Source: Halalkalibacterium halodurans (GTDB lineage Bacteria; Bacillota; Bacilli; Bacillales; Bacillaceae_D). Taken from it: 11,287 nt of DNA. The notes beneath the pieces are model-generated. The model was not told where the DNA came from. It saw nothing but the letters and a program-made list of their open reading frames with translations, and searched no databases. Numbering within the stretch: position 1 is the first letter of the stretch; every line of letters starts with the position of its first letter. The stretch lies in assembly GCF_004376175.1 (NCBI RefSeq), contig NZ_SNUY01000092.1, positions 1 to 11,287 on the forward strand. The letters are read 5' to 3'. The position numbers were made by a program, and so were the translations under genes. Positions 1 to 8,148 of the stretch are shown in pieces.

Positions 1-175
1 ATCTACAAAGAGGATCAAGGGATTATTCTCTTACGTCCAAAGAAAGGGTTTCGAGAAACGAGCAGTTTTAGGAATCGAGCGACGACAGACCGGAGCGTAC
101 ACACGGTACGTGAGGATCTGGAGGAGTGAAGATGACACCAAAATGCGACGTTGATCGGAAGCCGTAACTAAATGG
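1..175 (+). other. rRNA-operon spacer / pre-5S leader (window begins inside it; no 23S 3' end visible)
   Basis: Lies directly upstream of an intact 5S rRNA on the same strand. It has no credible ORF, is purine-rich on the + strand, and contains the hairpin cgtac-acacg-gtacg (96-110). Its length (over 175 nt) is greater than the 23S-5S spacer I recall for B. subtilis. Confidence 0.5.
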
Positions 176-291
176 TTTGGTGGCGATAGCGAAGAGGCCA
201 CACCCGTTCCCATGCCGAACACGGTCGTTAAGCTCTTCAGCGCCGATGGTAGTTGGGGGCTTCCCCCTGCGAGAGTAGGACGCTGCCAAGC
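176..291 (+). rRNA. rrf: 5S ribosomal RNA (116 nt)
   Basis: tttggtggcgatagcgaagaggccacacccgttcccatgccgaacacgg...gagagtaggacgctgccaagc is near-identical in length and sequence to the Bacillus 5S rRNA as I recall it. The 5'/3' ends pair (ttggtggcg / cgctgccaag). Confidence 0.95.
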
Positions 292-295
292 GATA

Positions 296-327
296 AAGCA
301 CAATCCAATCGGGTTGTGCTTTTTTTT
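296..327 (+). terminator. Rho-independent terminator of the rrn operon
   Basis: Stem aagcacaatcc (296-306) pairs with gggttgtgctt (311-321), 11 bp with one G-U and loop aatc. A T-run follows through 327. Confidence 0.85.
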
Positions 328-348
328 ATTGTCAAAAAGTAAAATTGT

Positions 349-540
349 TTCTACAAGGAGGATCAAGAGATTTGCGGAAGCAAGCGAGTGAAAACTGAAC
401 GTATATCAACATACGTGACAGGAAGGAACAAGCGCAGCTGACAAAGAAGCTCGCCGGTCATCTGAAGCAGAAAAAGCGCTGAAGAGCGTTGATCCGAAGG
501 AGCAGAGTCATCGAAGGAAAGCCGATGGCCACACCATGAA
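349..540 (+). repeat. Diverged second copy of the pre-5S spacer, ending in a possible 5S 5'-fragment
   Basis: Four colinear blocks are shared with 1-204. Block 1: 350-372 vs 2-24, 21/23 identical (tctacaaRgaggatcaagRgatt). Block 2: hairpin 399-416 (acgtat-atcaac-atacgt, then tga) vs 96-110 (cgtac-acacg-gtacg, then tga). Block 3: 487-500 cgttgatccgaagg vs 149-161 cgttgatcggaag. Block 4: 527-535 ggccacacc followed by atg vs 5S positions 196-204 ggccacacc...atg. The purine-rich composition is the same. Confidence 0.5.
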
Positions 541-567
541 AAGGCGCCAAAGAAAAGCATCATGCCC

Positions 568-1521
568 CTACCCTCCCAATAAGAAAGCAGAGATCCACTC
601 TGGGATCAGTTGCTCGTATCCATCAAGCAAACGAAGGATAATGGGCAAATCCTCCCCATCAAATGTATGGAACAACTCACCCCACCACTCTGTTTCATAT
701 CGGCAAAGCATGCTCAAATTGTATAGAAGCAAGTAATGAATGGCAATCGAGGGTAAGTGTAAGGTTTCTTCTCGATCTGTCAGCAGCCACACTTTCGATT
801 TTGATTCGTACAGAAAAGGGTGGCATTTAAAAGGATTTAAGGGTGATGAAGCTTTGAACATTAAAAAATCCCCAGATTCAGAGCTTTCTTGACGAGTGAA
901 TTTTTTCACGCTGTAGTCATTTAAATAAGTTTCAAAGCGTGTCTCGGTCATGTGATAATGGTCGAGTAGCGTCGTTGGAATACGTAAGGTTGCTTCATCG
1001 ATATGGCAAGGAACTGCTAACGTTTTTTTATAGATTGATTCTAGAACTGGAAACAGAATTGGCGCATGAAGCAACAACGTTTCCATTCGATATTTTTCCC
1101 CATTGATCTGCTTCATGTGAAACATTTTGTCGAGAACATGGGAAAACAATCCATGGCGCTGCACCTTCACTTCATCTGAAAAGAAGCGGTAGCGGTTTTT
1201 TTTGCGCTTCCGCGTAGTAACCCCGTGAGCTAAAACTTGTGATGAAGAAGGATATTCAGGATCGACGGTTAAGATACATACTTTTAAAAGCTGAATAAGT
1301 CCATAGAAAAAAAGAACTGGCTTGATTTCATAAGGTGCATTTGCTCCTTGTTCAAGAAACAATTTTCCATGTTGAAGATGGTACATAAATGCGTAACATG
1401 TGCGATAACTCATAGTTGAAGATTGGGCAATTTCTTGTTGTTCATATCGGTCAAAGAGATACTTTCTCGTATAGGTTGCAGAAAAAAACGGGAGAAGTTT
1501 TTCCCAGCGATGTTCAGTCAA
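568..1521 (-). CDS. yaaC: YaaC-like protein of unknown function (317 aa)
   Basis: A 317-aa ORF divergent from guaB, in the same position and orientation as B. subtilis yaaC, with similar length. TTG start at 1521-1519 lies 7 nt downstream of GGAGG (minus-strand aaaggaggtattttt-ttg). TAG stop at 570-568. No enzymatic motifs that I can assign with certainty. Confidence 0.8.
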   Translation of the reverse strand: MTEHRWEKLLPFFSATYTRKYLFDRYEQQEIAQSSTMSYRTCYAFMYHLQHGKLFLEQGANAPYEIKPVLFFYGLIQLLKVCILTVDPEYPSSSQVLAHGVTTRKRKKNRYRFFSDEVKVQRHGLFSHVLDKMFHMKQINGEKYRMETLLLHAPILFPVLESIYKKTLAVPCHIDEATLRIPTTLLDHYHMTETRFETYLNDYSVKKFTRQESSESGDFLMFKASSPLNPFKCHPFLYESKSKVWLLTDREETLHLPSIAIHYLLLYNLSMLCRYETEWWGELFHTFDGEDLPIILRLLDGYEQLIPEWISAFLLGG

Positions 1522-1577
1522 AAAAATACCTCCTTTCCCTGATTAAAATTTTGAAAAATCGAACATTTACCCGTTTC

Positions 1578-1606
1578 TTGACAGTAGTTTGCCCACTTGA
1601 TAAGCT
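1578..1606 (+). promoter_or_regulatory. Sigma-A-type promoter of guaB
   Basis: TTGACA (1578-1583), 17-nt spacer, TAAGCT (1601-1606), with TG at 1598-1599 (extended -10, tgaTAAGCT). An AT-rich stretch lies upstream. The predicted +1 is about 40 nt ahead of the guaB start. Confidence 0.6.
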
Positions 1607-1647
1607 ACTAATAATATTTTTAGGAAAATCTGCGGAGGGGGAAATAA

Positions 1648-3108
<1,461 letters not shown>

Positions 3109-3128
3109 TTACGGTGTTGTAACAATTC

Positions 3129-3159
3129 ATAGATAGGGGACTTCCCTATCTATTTTTTT
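3129..3159 (+). terminator. Rho-independent terminator of guaB
   Basis: Stem atagataggg (3129-3138) pairs with ccctatctat (3144-3153), 10 bp with a 5-nt loop, running into a T7 tract (3153-3159). Confidence 0.85.
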
Positions 3160-3170
3160 ATGAAAGGATG

Positions 3171-3179
3171 TGATAAAAT
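3171..3179 (+). promoter_or_regulatory. Candidate extended -10 promoter element for dacA
   Basis: tgaTAAAAT (TG 3171-3172, -10 at 3174-3179), about 37 nt upstream of the proposed dacA start. There is no good -35, because that position overlaps the guaB terminator T-tract. Confidence 0.35.
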
Positions 3180-3215
3180 ATCGTTTATGTGACAGTTAGT
3201 GGAGGTGCAGAAAAC

Positions 3216-4550
3216 GTGAAACACCAGACCAAAAAATGGTTCATTCTTGTCCTTGCCATGGCTATGGTTTTTTCTATGTTTACGCCAGCAATGACGGCCA
3301 ACGCCGCTTTTGAATTAGAGGCAGAATCAGCCATTTTAGTGGACGCAGAATCAGGAAAAATTTTATATGGAAAAAATATTGATGCCGTTTTACCTACAGC
3401 AAGTATGACGAAGATGATGAGCGAATATCTCATCCTCGAAGCCATAAATGAAGGGGAAATCTCTTGGGACCAGGAAGTTCCGATTAGTGATTACGTGCGA
3501 GAGCTTTCCTTATATGTACAGTTATCCAATGTTCCTCTCAGACAAGATGAGACTTACACTGTAAAGGAACTCTATGAATCTGTGGCGATCTATTCTGCCA
3601 ATGCTTCAACAATTGCTTTAGCAGAATTAATCGCAGGCTCCGAATCCGCCTTTGTTCAACGGATGAATGAAAAAGGGGAAGAATTAGGTCTCGAAGATTT
3701 CAAGTTTGTGAATTCATCTGGTTTAAATAACAAAGATTTGCTAGGGAATCATCCGGAAGGAACGGATGCGAATGCGGAAAACGTCATGTCTGCTAGAGCA
3801 ACGGCCAAGCTTGCATATAACCTCCTAAAGGATTATCCTGAAGTTTTAGAAACGGCGAGCATCCCAGAAAAAACATTTCGTGCTGGTGAAGGCGAAGAAA
3901 TTGAAATGGAAAACTGGAACTGGATGCTTAAAGGGATTAGACCACAGCACGATTATGAAGGAATTGACGGTTTAAAAACCGGCTATACAGCCGAAGCAGG
4001 GAATTGCTTTACAGGAACAGCTGAACGGAACGGCATGCGCTTGATTTCCGTTGTGATGCGCACTGAGACGCGGGATGACCGCTTTAAAGAAACGGCGAAG
4101 CTATTAGATTATGGCTTTAACAACTTTACTCATACAGAAGTGTTACCAGCAGGATTTCAACCAGCAGAAGCCCAAACATTGCCAGTATCTTCAGGAAAAG
4201 AGCGAGAGGTTTCCATTTCAACAAGTGAACCATTGCATGCGGTTGTCCGTAATGGAGAAGAAGAACTCTATGATCCAGTCGTTACGATTGATGAATCATC
4301 ACTTGATGAAGATGGAGGGCTTGAGGCTCCAGTAGAGGCTGGACAAGCGGTAGGTCAGATTACCCTTACGTATTCCGGTGATGGGGAGACGGCCTATCTC
4401 TATGAAGACCAGCAAGGTGGGGCGACTCTCGTGACAGATGCAGATGTTGAGCGAGCAGGTTGGTTCTCCCTCCTCATGCGAGGCATCGGTGGTTTTTTCT
4501 CCAACGTTTGGAGTGCAGCGGCTGATACCGTTCGCGGTTGGTTCTCATAA
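3216..4550 (+). CDS. dacA: D-alanyl-D-alanine carboxypeptidase, PBP5-type low-MW penicillin-binding protein (444 aa from the proposed start)
   Basis: Contains SxxK (ASMTK), SxN (YSANA) and KTG (LKTGYT) motifs. Has a signal peptide ending ANA-AF and a C-terminal amphipathic tail (GWFSLLMRGIGGFFSNVWSAA). The preferred start is GTG 3216, 10 nt after GGAGG (3201-3205). The ORF-track start at 3189 overlaps the RBS and adds 9 residues. Confidence 0.9.
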   Translation: MKHQTKKWFILVLAMAMVFSMFTPAMTANAAFELEAESAILVDAESGKILYGKNIDAVLPTASMTKMMSEYLILEAINEGEISWDQEVPISDYVRELSLYVQLSNVPLRQDETYTVKELYESVAIYSANASTIALAELIAGSESAFVQRMNEKGEELGLEDFKFVNSSGLNNKDLLGNHPEGTDANAENVMSARATAKLAYNLLKDYPEVLETASIPEKTFRAGEGEEIEMENWNWMLKGIRPQHDYEGIDGLKTGYTAEAGNCFTGTAERNGMRLISVVMRTETRDDRFKETAKLLDYGFNNFTHTEVLPAGFQPAEAQTLPVSSGKEREVSISTSEPLHAVVRNGEEELYDPVVTIDESSLDEDGGLEAPVEAGQAVGQITLTYSGDGETAYLYEDQQGGATLVTDADVERAGWFSLLMRGIGGFFSNVWSAAADTVRGWFS

Positions 4551-4573
4551 TAGGTCAAAGGTGTCATACGCCT

Positions 4574-4601
4574 TTGCGGAAAGTTCGTTTCGTGCTACAA
4601 T
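4574..4601 (+). promoter_or_regulatory. Candidate promoter of the pdxS-pdxT operon
   Basis: TTGCGG (4574-4579), 16-nt spacer, TACAAT (4596-4601), with TG at 4593-4594 (tgcTACAAT). A weak 6-bp hairpin (caaagg/cctttg, 4557-4577) follows dacA, but no clear terminator is present. Confidence 0.4.
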
Positions 4602-4686
4602 AATTACTGAAATTTATGATAATCTTATGGATGACTTGAGATACTATGTGAATGAGTAGTGAAGAGCATCGGTATAGGAGGAATGG

Positions 4687-5574
4687 ATGATGGTGGATAC
4701 AGGTACGGATCGCGTCAAACGTGGAATGGCAGAAATGCAAAAAGGCGGCGTCATCATGGACGTTGTGAACGCAGAACAAGCGAAAATTGCTGAAGAAGCA
4801 GGTGCTGTAGCAGTTATGGCACTTGAGAGAGTTCCTGCAGACATTCGTGCAGCCGGTGGTGTTGCGCGTATGGCAGACCCAACAATTGTTGAAGAAGTGA
4901 TGAATGCTGTCTCAATTCCAGTCATGGCAAAATGCCGAATCGGTCATATTGTTGAAGCACGTGTTCTTGAAGCGTTAGGTGTTGACTACATTGATGAGAG
5001 TGAAGTTTTAACACCAGCGGATGAAGTATACCATTTAAACAAGCGTGACTTTACCGTGCCGTTTGTTTGCGGTGCACGTGATTTAGGCGAAGCCGCTCGT
5101 CGAATCGGTGAGGGAGCCTCCATGATTCGGACAAAAGGCGAGCCTGGAACAGGAAATATAGTCGAAGCTGTACGTCATATGCGCATGATGCAAGCACAAA
5201 TTCGTAAGGTCTCTAACATGTCAACAGATGAGCTCATGACAGAGGCAAAAAACATCGGAGCTCCTTATGAGCTATTATTAAGTATTAAAGAAACAGGCAA
5301 GCTCCCAGTCGTTAACTTTGCAGCCGGCGGCGTGGCAACACCTGCAGACGCAGCATTAATGATGCAACTAGGTGCAGACGGAGTATTTGTCGGTTCTGGT
5401 ATCTTCAAATCAGAAACACCAGAGAAATTTGCTCGCGCGATCGTTGAAGCGACTACACATTATGAAGATTATGATCTCATTGCGAAATTATCCAAAGGTC
5501 TTGGAACAGCAATGAAAGGGATTGAGATTTCTACATTGGATGCTTCTGAACGTATGCAAGAGCGTGGCTGGTAG
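4687..5574 (+). CDS. pdxS: Pyridoxal 5'-phosphate synthase, lyase subunit PdxS (295 aa)
   Basis: [59 protein letters not shown] and the C-terminal RMQERGW are essentially identical to Bacillus PdxS (YaaD) as I recall it. The Schiff-base lysine context VMAKCRIGH is present. AGGAGG lies at 4676-4681. ATG 4690 is an equally possible start. Confidence 0.96.
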   Translation: MMVDTGTDRVKRGMAEMQKGGVIMDVVNAEQAKIAEEAGAVAVMALERVPADIRAAGGVARMADPTIVEEVMNAVSIPVMAKCRIGHIVEARVLEALGVDYIDESEVLTPADEVYHLNKRDFTVPFVCGARDLGEAARRIGEGASMIRTKGEPGTGNIVEAVRHMRMMQAQIRKVSNMSTDELMTEAKNIGAPYELLLSIKETGKLPVVNFAAGGVATPADAALMMQLGADGVFVGSGIFKSETPEKFARAIVEATTHYEDYDLIAKLSKGLGTAMKGIEISTLDASERMQERGW

Positions 5575-5593
5575 AAAGGAAGCTAGGAAGCCA

Positions 5594-6184
5594 ATGGTGA
5601 AAATCGGTGTATTGGCACTTCAGGGAGCCGTTAGGGAGCATGTCCGCTGCCTCGAAGCTCCTGGGGTGGAAGTGAGCATTGTCAAGAAAGTAGAGCAGCT
5701 TGAGGAGTTGGACGGTCTTGTCTTCCCTGGTGGGGAAAGCACGACGATGCGCCGCCTCATCGATAAATATGGCTTTTTTGAACCTTTGAAGGCATTCGCT
5801 GCACAGGGCAAGCCGGTATTTGGTACGTGTGCTGGGTTGATTTTAATGGCGGCACGTATTGATGGAGAGGATCATGGGCATCTTGAATTAATGGATATGA
5901 CAGTGCAACGGAACGCTTTTGGTCGTCAGCGCGAAAGCTTCGAAACAGACTTGATTGTGGAAGGCGTTGGCGATGACGTACGTGCGGTTTTTATCCGTGC
6001 CCCTTTAATTCAGGAAGTGGGTCAAAATGTGGACGTGCTGTCCAAGTTTGGCGATGAAATTGTTGTCGCTAGACAAGGTCATTTGCTCGGTTGTTCATTC
6101 CATCCTGAACTGACGGATGATCGGAGATTTCATCAATACTTCGTCCAAATGGTAAAAGAAGCAAAAACCATTGCTCAATCATAA
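5594..6184 (+). CDS. pdxT: Pyridoxal 5'-phosphate synthase, glutaminase subunit PdxT (196 aa)
   Basis: [16 protein letters not shown] matches the PdxT N-terminus. Nucleophile context GTCAG and FHPE (His-Glu) are present. At 196 aa it equals B. subtilis PdxT. The ORF-track start at 5522 lies inside pdxS and is an over-extension. Confidence 0.93.
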   Translation: MVKIGVLALQGAVREHVRCLEAPGVEVSIVKKVEQLEELDGLVFPGGESTTMRRLIDKYGFFEPLKAFAAQGKPVFGTCAGLILMAARIDGEDHGHLELMDMTVQRNAFGRQRESFETDLIVEGVGDDVRAVFIRAPLIQEVGQNVDVLSKFGDEIVVARQGHLLGCSFHPELTDDRRFHQYFVQMVKEAKTIAQS

Positions 6185-6187
6185 ACA

Positions 6188-6413
6188 ATGCGTTGAGAGG
6201 AACTAGTAATAGGAATACTTCTGTTCAGAGAGCTAGTGGACGGTGCGAACTAGCCAGAGGTGCCTATGAATCCATCCTTGAGTGGAATGCTGAACATAAG
6301 TAGGCGTTTCCGGTTCTGGCCGTTATCCAGATGAGTGGTCAGCGGTATAGCTGGCAACAAGGGTGGCAACGCGGGTGCTCTCGTCCCTTTTCTTTAGGGA
6401 TGAGAGCTTTTTT
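6188..6413 (+). promoter_or_regulatory. T-box riboswitch leader (serine-specific) controlling serS
   Basis: Stem I elements AGAGAG (6227-6232) and GGTGCGAA. Specifier context GAA-UCC-A, with UCC (Ser) at 6271-6273. AGTA box at 6299-6302 and F-box CCGTTA at 6320-6325. T-box core aacaaGGGTGGCAACGCGGG (6356-6375), whose UGGC would pair with a tRNA 3' GCCA end (discriminator G, as in tRNA-Ser). A terminator follows. Confidence 0.88.
6377..6413 (+). terminator. T-box attenuator terminator
   Basis: gctctcgtccct (6377-6388) pairs with agggatgagagc (6396-6407), 12 bp with one G-U, followed by T6 (6408-6413). The 5' arm adjoins the T-box core (6356-6375), which would contribute to the alternative antiterminator. 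Confidence 0.85.
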
Positions 6414-6453
6414 GTATATAAACATTGATTCGATACCAAAGGAGGCGTTTTAT

Positions 6454-7731
6454 ATGTTGGATATTAAACGGTTGCGAAAAGACTTTGCAGGAATTAAGGA
6501 AAAGTTGCAAACACGTGGTGAGGACATTTCAGGCCTCGAAAAGTTTGGTAGCCTAGATGAAAAAAGGCGGCAAGTGATTGTAAAGGTAGAAGAATTAAAA
6601 AGCCGTCGTAACCAAGTATCACAAGAGGTCGCTCAGCTTAAACGGGAAAAGAAAGACGCAGATCATCTCATTAAAGAAATGCGTGACGTTTCTGATGAGA
6701 TTAAAGGGTTAGATGAAACATTGCGTCAACTTGATGAAGAGCTTGATCAACTATTGCTTGCGATTCCAAATGTCCCCCACGAAAGCACTCCTGTTGGTGA
6801 AACGGAAGATGACAACGTCGAAGTGCGTAAATGGGGGGAAGTGCCGAACTTTCCTTTTGAACCGAAAGCCCATTGGGATCTAGCCACAGCATTAGGTATT
6901 GTTGATTTTGAGCGTGCCGCGAAAGTCACAGGAAGCCGTTTTGCCTTCTATAAAGGGGCAGGAGCGCGGTTAGAGCGTGCGCTTATTAACTTTATGATGG
7001 ATCTCCATCACGACAAGCACGGCTATGAGGAGGTTCTTCCGCCATACCTCGTCAATCGTACGAGCATGACTGGAACGGGACAATTACCGAAGTTTGAAGA
7101 GGACGCCTTTAAAATTCGCGAGGAGGATTATTTCCTCATTCCGACAGCAGAAGTCCCAGTGACCAACTTGCATCGAGACGAAATTTTATCTGCGGATCAG
7201 CTACCGATCGCTTACACGGCATACAGCATGAATTTCCGTTCTGAAGCAGGCTCTGCTGGGCGCGATACCCGTGGACTGATCAGGCAGCACCAATTTAATA
7301 AAGTCGAACTCGTTCGATTTGTAGCACCTGAAGATTCTTATGGTGAACTTGAAAAGCTCACAGGCCATGCCGAAAAGGTGTTGCAGCTTCTGAAGCTTCC
7401 ATATCGGGTGATGAGCATGTGTACGGCTGATCTCGGCTTTACAGCAGCGAAAAAGTATGACTTAGAAGTATGGATTCCGAGCGCAAACACGTATCGGGAA
7501 ATTTCTTCTTGCAGTAACTTTGAAGACTTTCAAGCGCGCAGAGCCAACATTAAATTCCGTCGAGAGGCGAAAGGCAAAGCTGAGTTCGTTCACACATTAA
7601 ACGGTTCTGGCCTTGCTGTTGGCCGTACGGTGGCAGCGATTTTGGAAAACTATCAACAGGAAGACGGAACAATTGTCATTCCAGAAGTGCTTCGCCCGTA
7701 TATGGGTGGGATGGAAAAGTTTGAGGCGTAG
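6454..7731 (+). CDS. serS: Seryl-tRNA synthetase (425 aa)
   Basis: ATG 6454 lies 9 nt after aaa[16 protein letters not shown] leads into an N-terminal coiled-coil arm. Class II motif 2 ([21 protein letters not shown]) and motif 3 ([16 protein letters not shown]) are present. The ORF-track start at 6331 runs through the T-box terminator and is an over-extension. Confidence 0.96.
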   Translation: MLDIKRLRKDFAGIKEKLQTRGEDISGLEKFGSLDEKRRQVIVKVEELKSRRNQVSQEVAQLKREKKDADHLIKEMRDVSDEIKGLDETLRQLDEELDQLLLAIPNVPHESTPVGETEDDNVEVRKWGEVPNFPFEPKAHWDLATALGIVDFERAAKVTGSRFAFYKGAGARLERALINFMMDLHHDKHGYEEVLPPYLVNRTSMTGTGQLPKFEEDAFKIREEDYFLIPTAEVPVTNLHRDEILSADQLPIAYTAYSMNFRSEAGSAGRDTRGLIRQHQFNKVELVRFVAPEDSYGELEKLTGHAEKVLQLLKLPYRVMSMCTADLGFTAAKKYDLEVWIPSANTYREISSCSNFEDFQARRANIKFRREAKGKAEFVHTLNGSGLAVGRTVAAILENYQQEDGTIVIPEVLRPYMGGMEKFEA

Positions 7732-7772
7732 TTACAAAGGGGGCTGTCGCAAAAGCACCTTAAAACATAAAG

Positions 7773-7808
7773 TCGGGAGAACCGCATCAAACGGTTCTCC
7801 CGATTTTT
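7773..7808 (+). terminator. Rho-independent terminator of serS
   Basis: tcgggagaaccg (7773-7784) pairs with cggttctcccga (7792-7803), a perfect 12-bp stem with a 7-nt loop, followed by T5 (7804-7808). Confidence 0.9.
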
Positions 7809-7850
7809 GTGTGGTTCTCTGGAATGAGATCCGAAGCACGAGTTGATTCA

Positions 7851-7859
7851 TGGTATACT
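7851..7859 (+). promoter_or_regulatory. Orphan extended -10 promoter-like element
   Basis: tggTATACT (TG 7851-7852, -10 at 7854-7859). No acceptable -35 occurs at 16-18 nt. The nearby TTGATT (7843-7848) is only 5 nt away and cannot serve as one. Confidence 0.3.
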
Positions 7860-7865
7860 GCAGAT

Positions 7866-8035
7866 AAGTAGCCGTTTGGTTACGCAAAAAAATCGCATGC
7901 AAACAAAGTGGGCGTGAGTCGATGTTGCACTTGTGCCTGTGGTGAAAGCGTCCGCCAAGTCGCCATTTCGAACGAATAAGCAAAGGAGCTGTCTCAAAAA
8001 GGGCGTTTCAACAAGAGTGAACGCCCTCTATTTTT
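7866..8035 (+). ncRNA. Hypothetical small RNA (unclassified), bounded by the orphan -10 and the 8001-8026 hairpin
   Basis: No ORF with an RBS on either strand. A possible closing helix pairs 7871-7885 (gccgtttgg..acgc) with 7948-7963 (gcgt..ccaagtcgc). The unit ends at a hairpin plus T-tract. It resembles no riboswitch or sRNA family I can recognise by eye. Confidence 0.2.
7996..8035. terminator. Bidirectional rho-independent terminator (better oriented for the minus-strand amidase gene)
   Basis: Stem gggcgtt(t)ca (8001-8010) pairs with tgaacgccc (8018-8026), 9 bp with one bulge and a 7-nt loop. On the minus strand it is followed immediately by T5 (complement of A 7996-8000). On the plus strand T5 (8031-8035) comes after a 4-nt spacer, tcta. 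Confidence 0.75.
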
Positions 8036-8148
8036 GATTATAAAGTGAAAATGAAATTTCATTCAGAGGAGGTTCTTCCCTTTCCTCGTCGAATGGTGTG
8101 AGTCCCAATAGGATAAGGTTGACTCCATCCTCCAAGTGGGGGCTTTCG

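Noticed and set aside
31-366. Minus-strand ORFs of 111 aa (31-366) and 77 aa (68-301)
   Set aside because: They lie antisense across the 5S rRNA gene, its spacer and its terminator. They have no RBS and are artefacts of stop-poor structured RNA sequence.
363-736. ORFs 363-563 (-) and 536-736 (+)
   Set aside because: The first runs through the purine-rich spacer-like repeat. The second is antisense to the 3' end of yaaC. Neither has a Shine-Dalgarno sequence at a sensible distance, and the composition is not protein-like.
1193-1200. A8 homopolymer (T8 on + strand) inside yaaC as a possible slippage or phase-variation tract
   Set aside because: It encodes part of the basic RKRKKNR patch in frame. 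The frame is intact, and nothing suggests phase variation in this kind of housekeeping locus.
3185-4659. ORFs 3185-3445 (-), 4111-4335 (+) and 4438-4659 (+) in or around dacA
   Set aside because: These are shadow ORFs of dacA. The last extends into the dacA-pdxS spacer, but it has no RBS and ends in a 10-codon tail.
4564-5811. Antisense ORFs over pdxS/pdxT (4564-4779, 4644-4925, 5620-5811)
   Set aside because: These are Ala/Ser/Thr-rich translations typical of the antisense strand of GC-rich-codon genes. They are nested in strongly conserved CDSs.
6701-6929. Two antisense ORFs inside serS
   Set aside because: These are shadow ORFs within a conserved class II synthetase gene.
7775-7820. Second ggttctc copy (7813-7819) after the serS terminator as a possible alternative-pairing attenuator
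   Set aside because: The extra copy is in the same sense as the terminator 3' arm and lies downstream of the T-tract. It cannot form a competing antiterminator before termination, so it is probably coincidental.
7843-7848. TTGATT as a -35 box for the orphan promoter
   Set aside because: It is only 5 nt from the TATACT -10. That spacing is incompatible with sigma-A recognition, so the element can be scored only as an extended -10.
7613-7983. ORFs 7613-7846 (+, 77 aa) and 7732-7983 (-, 83 aa) in the serS tail and intergenic gap
   Set aside because: Both read through the 12-bp serS terminator hairpin. The minus ORF has a TTG start with no SD and gives a highly basic, low-complexity product. 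The plus ORF starts inside serS out of frame.
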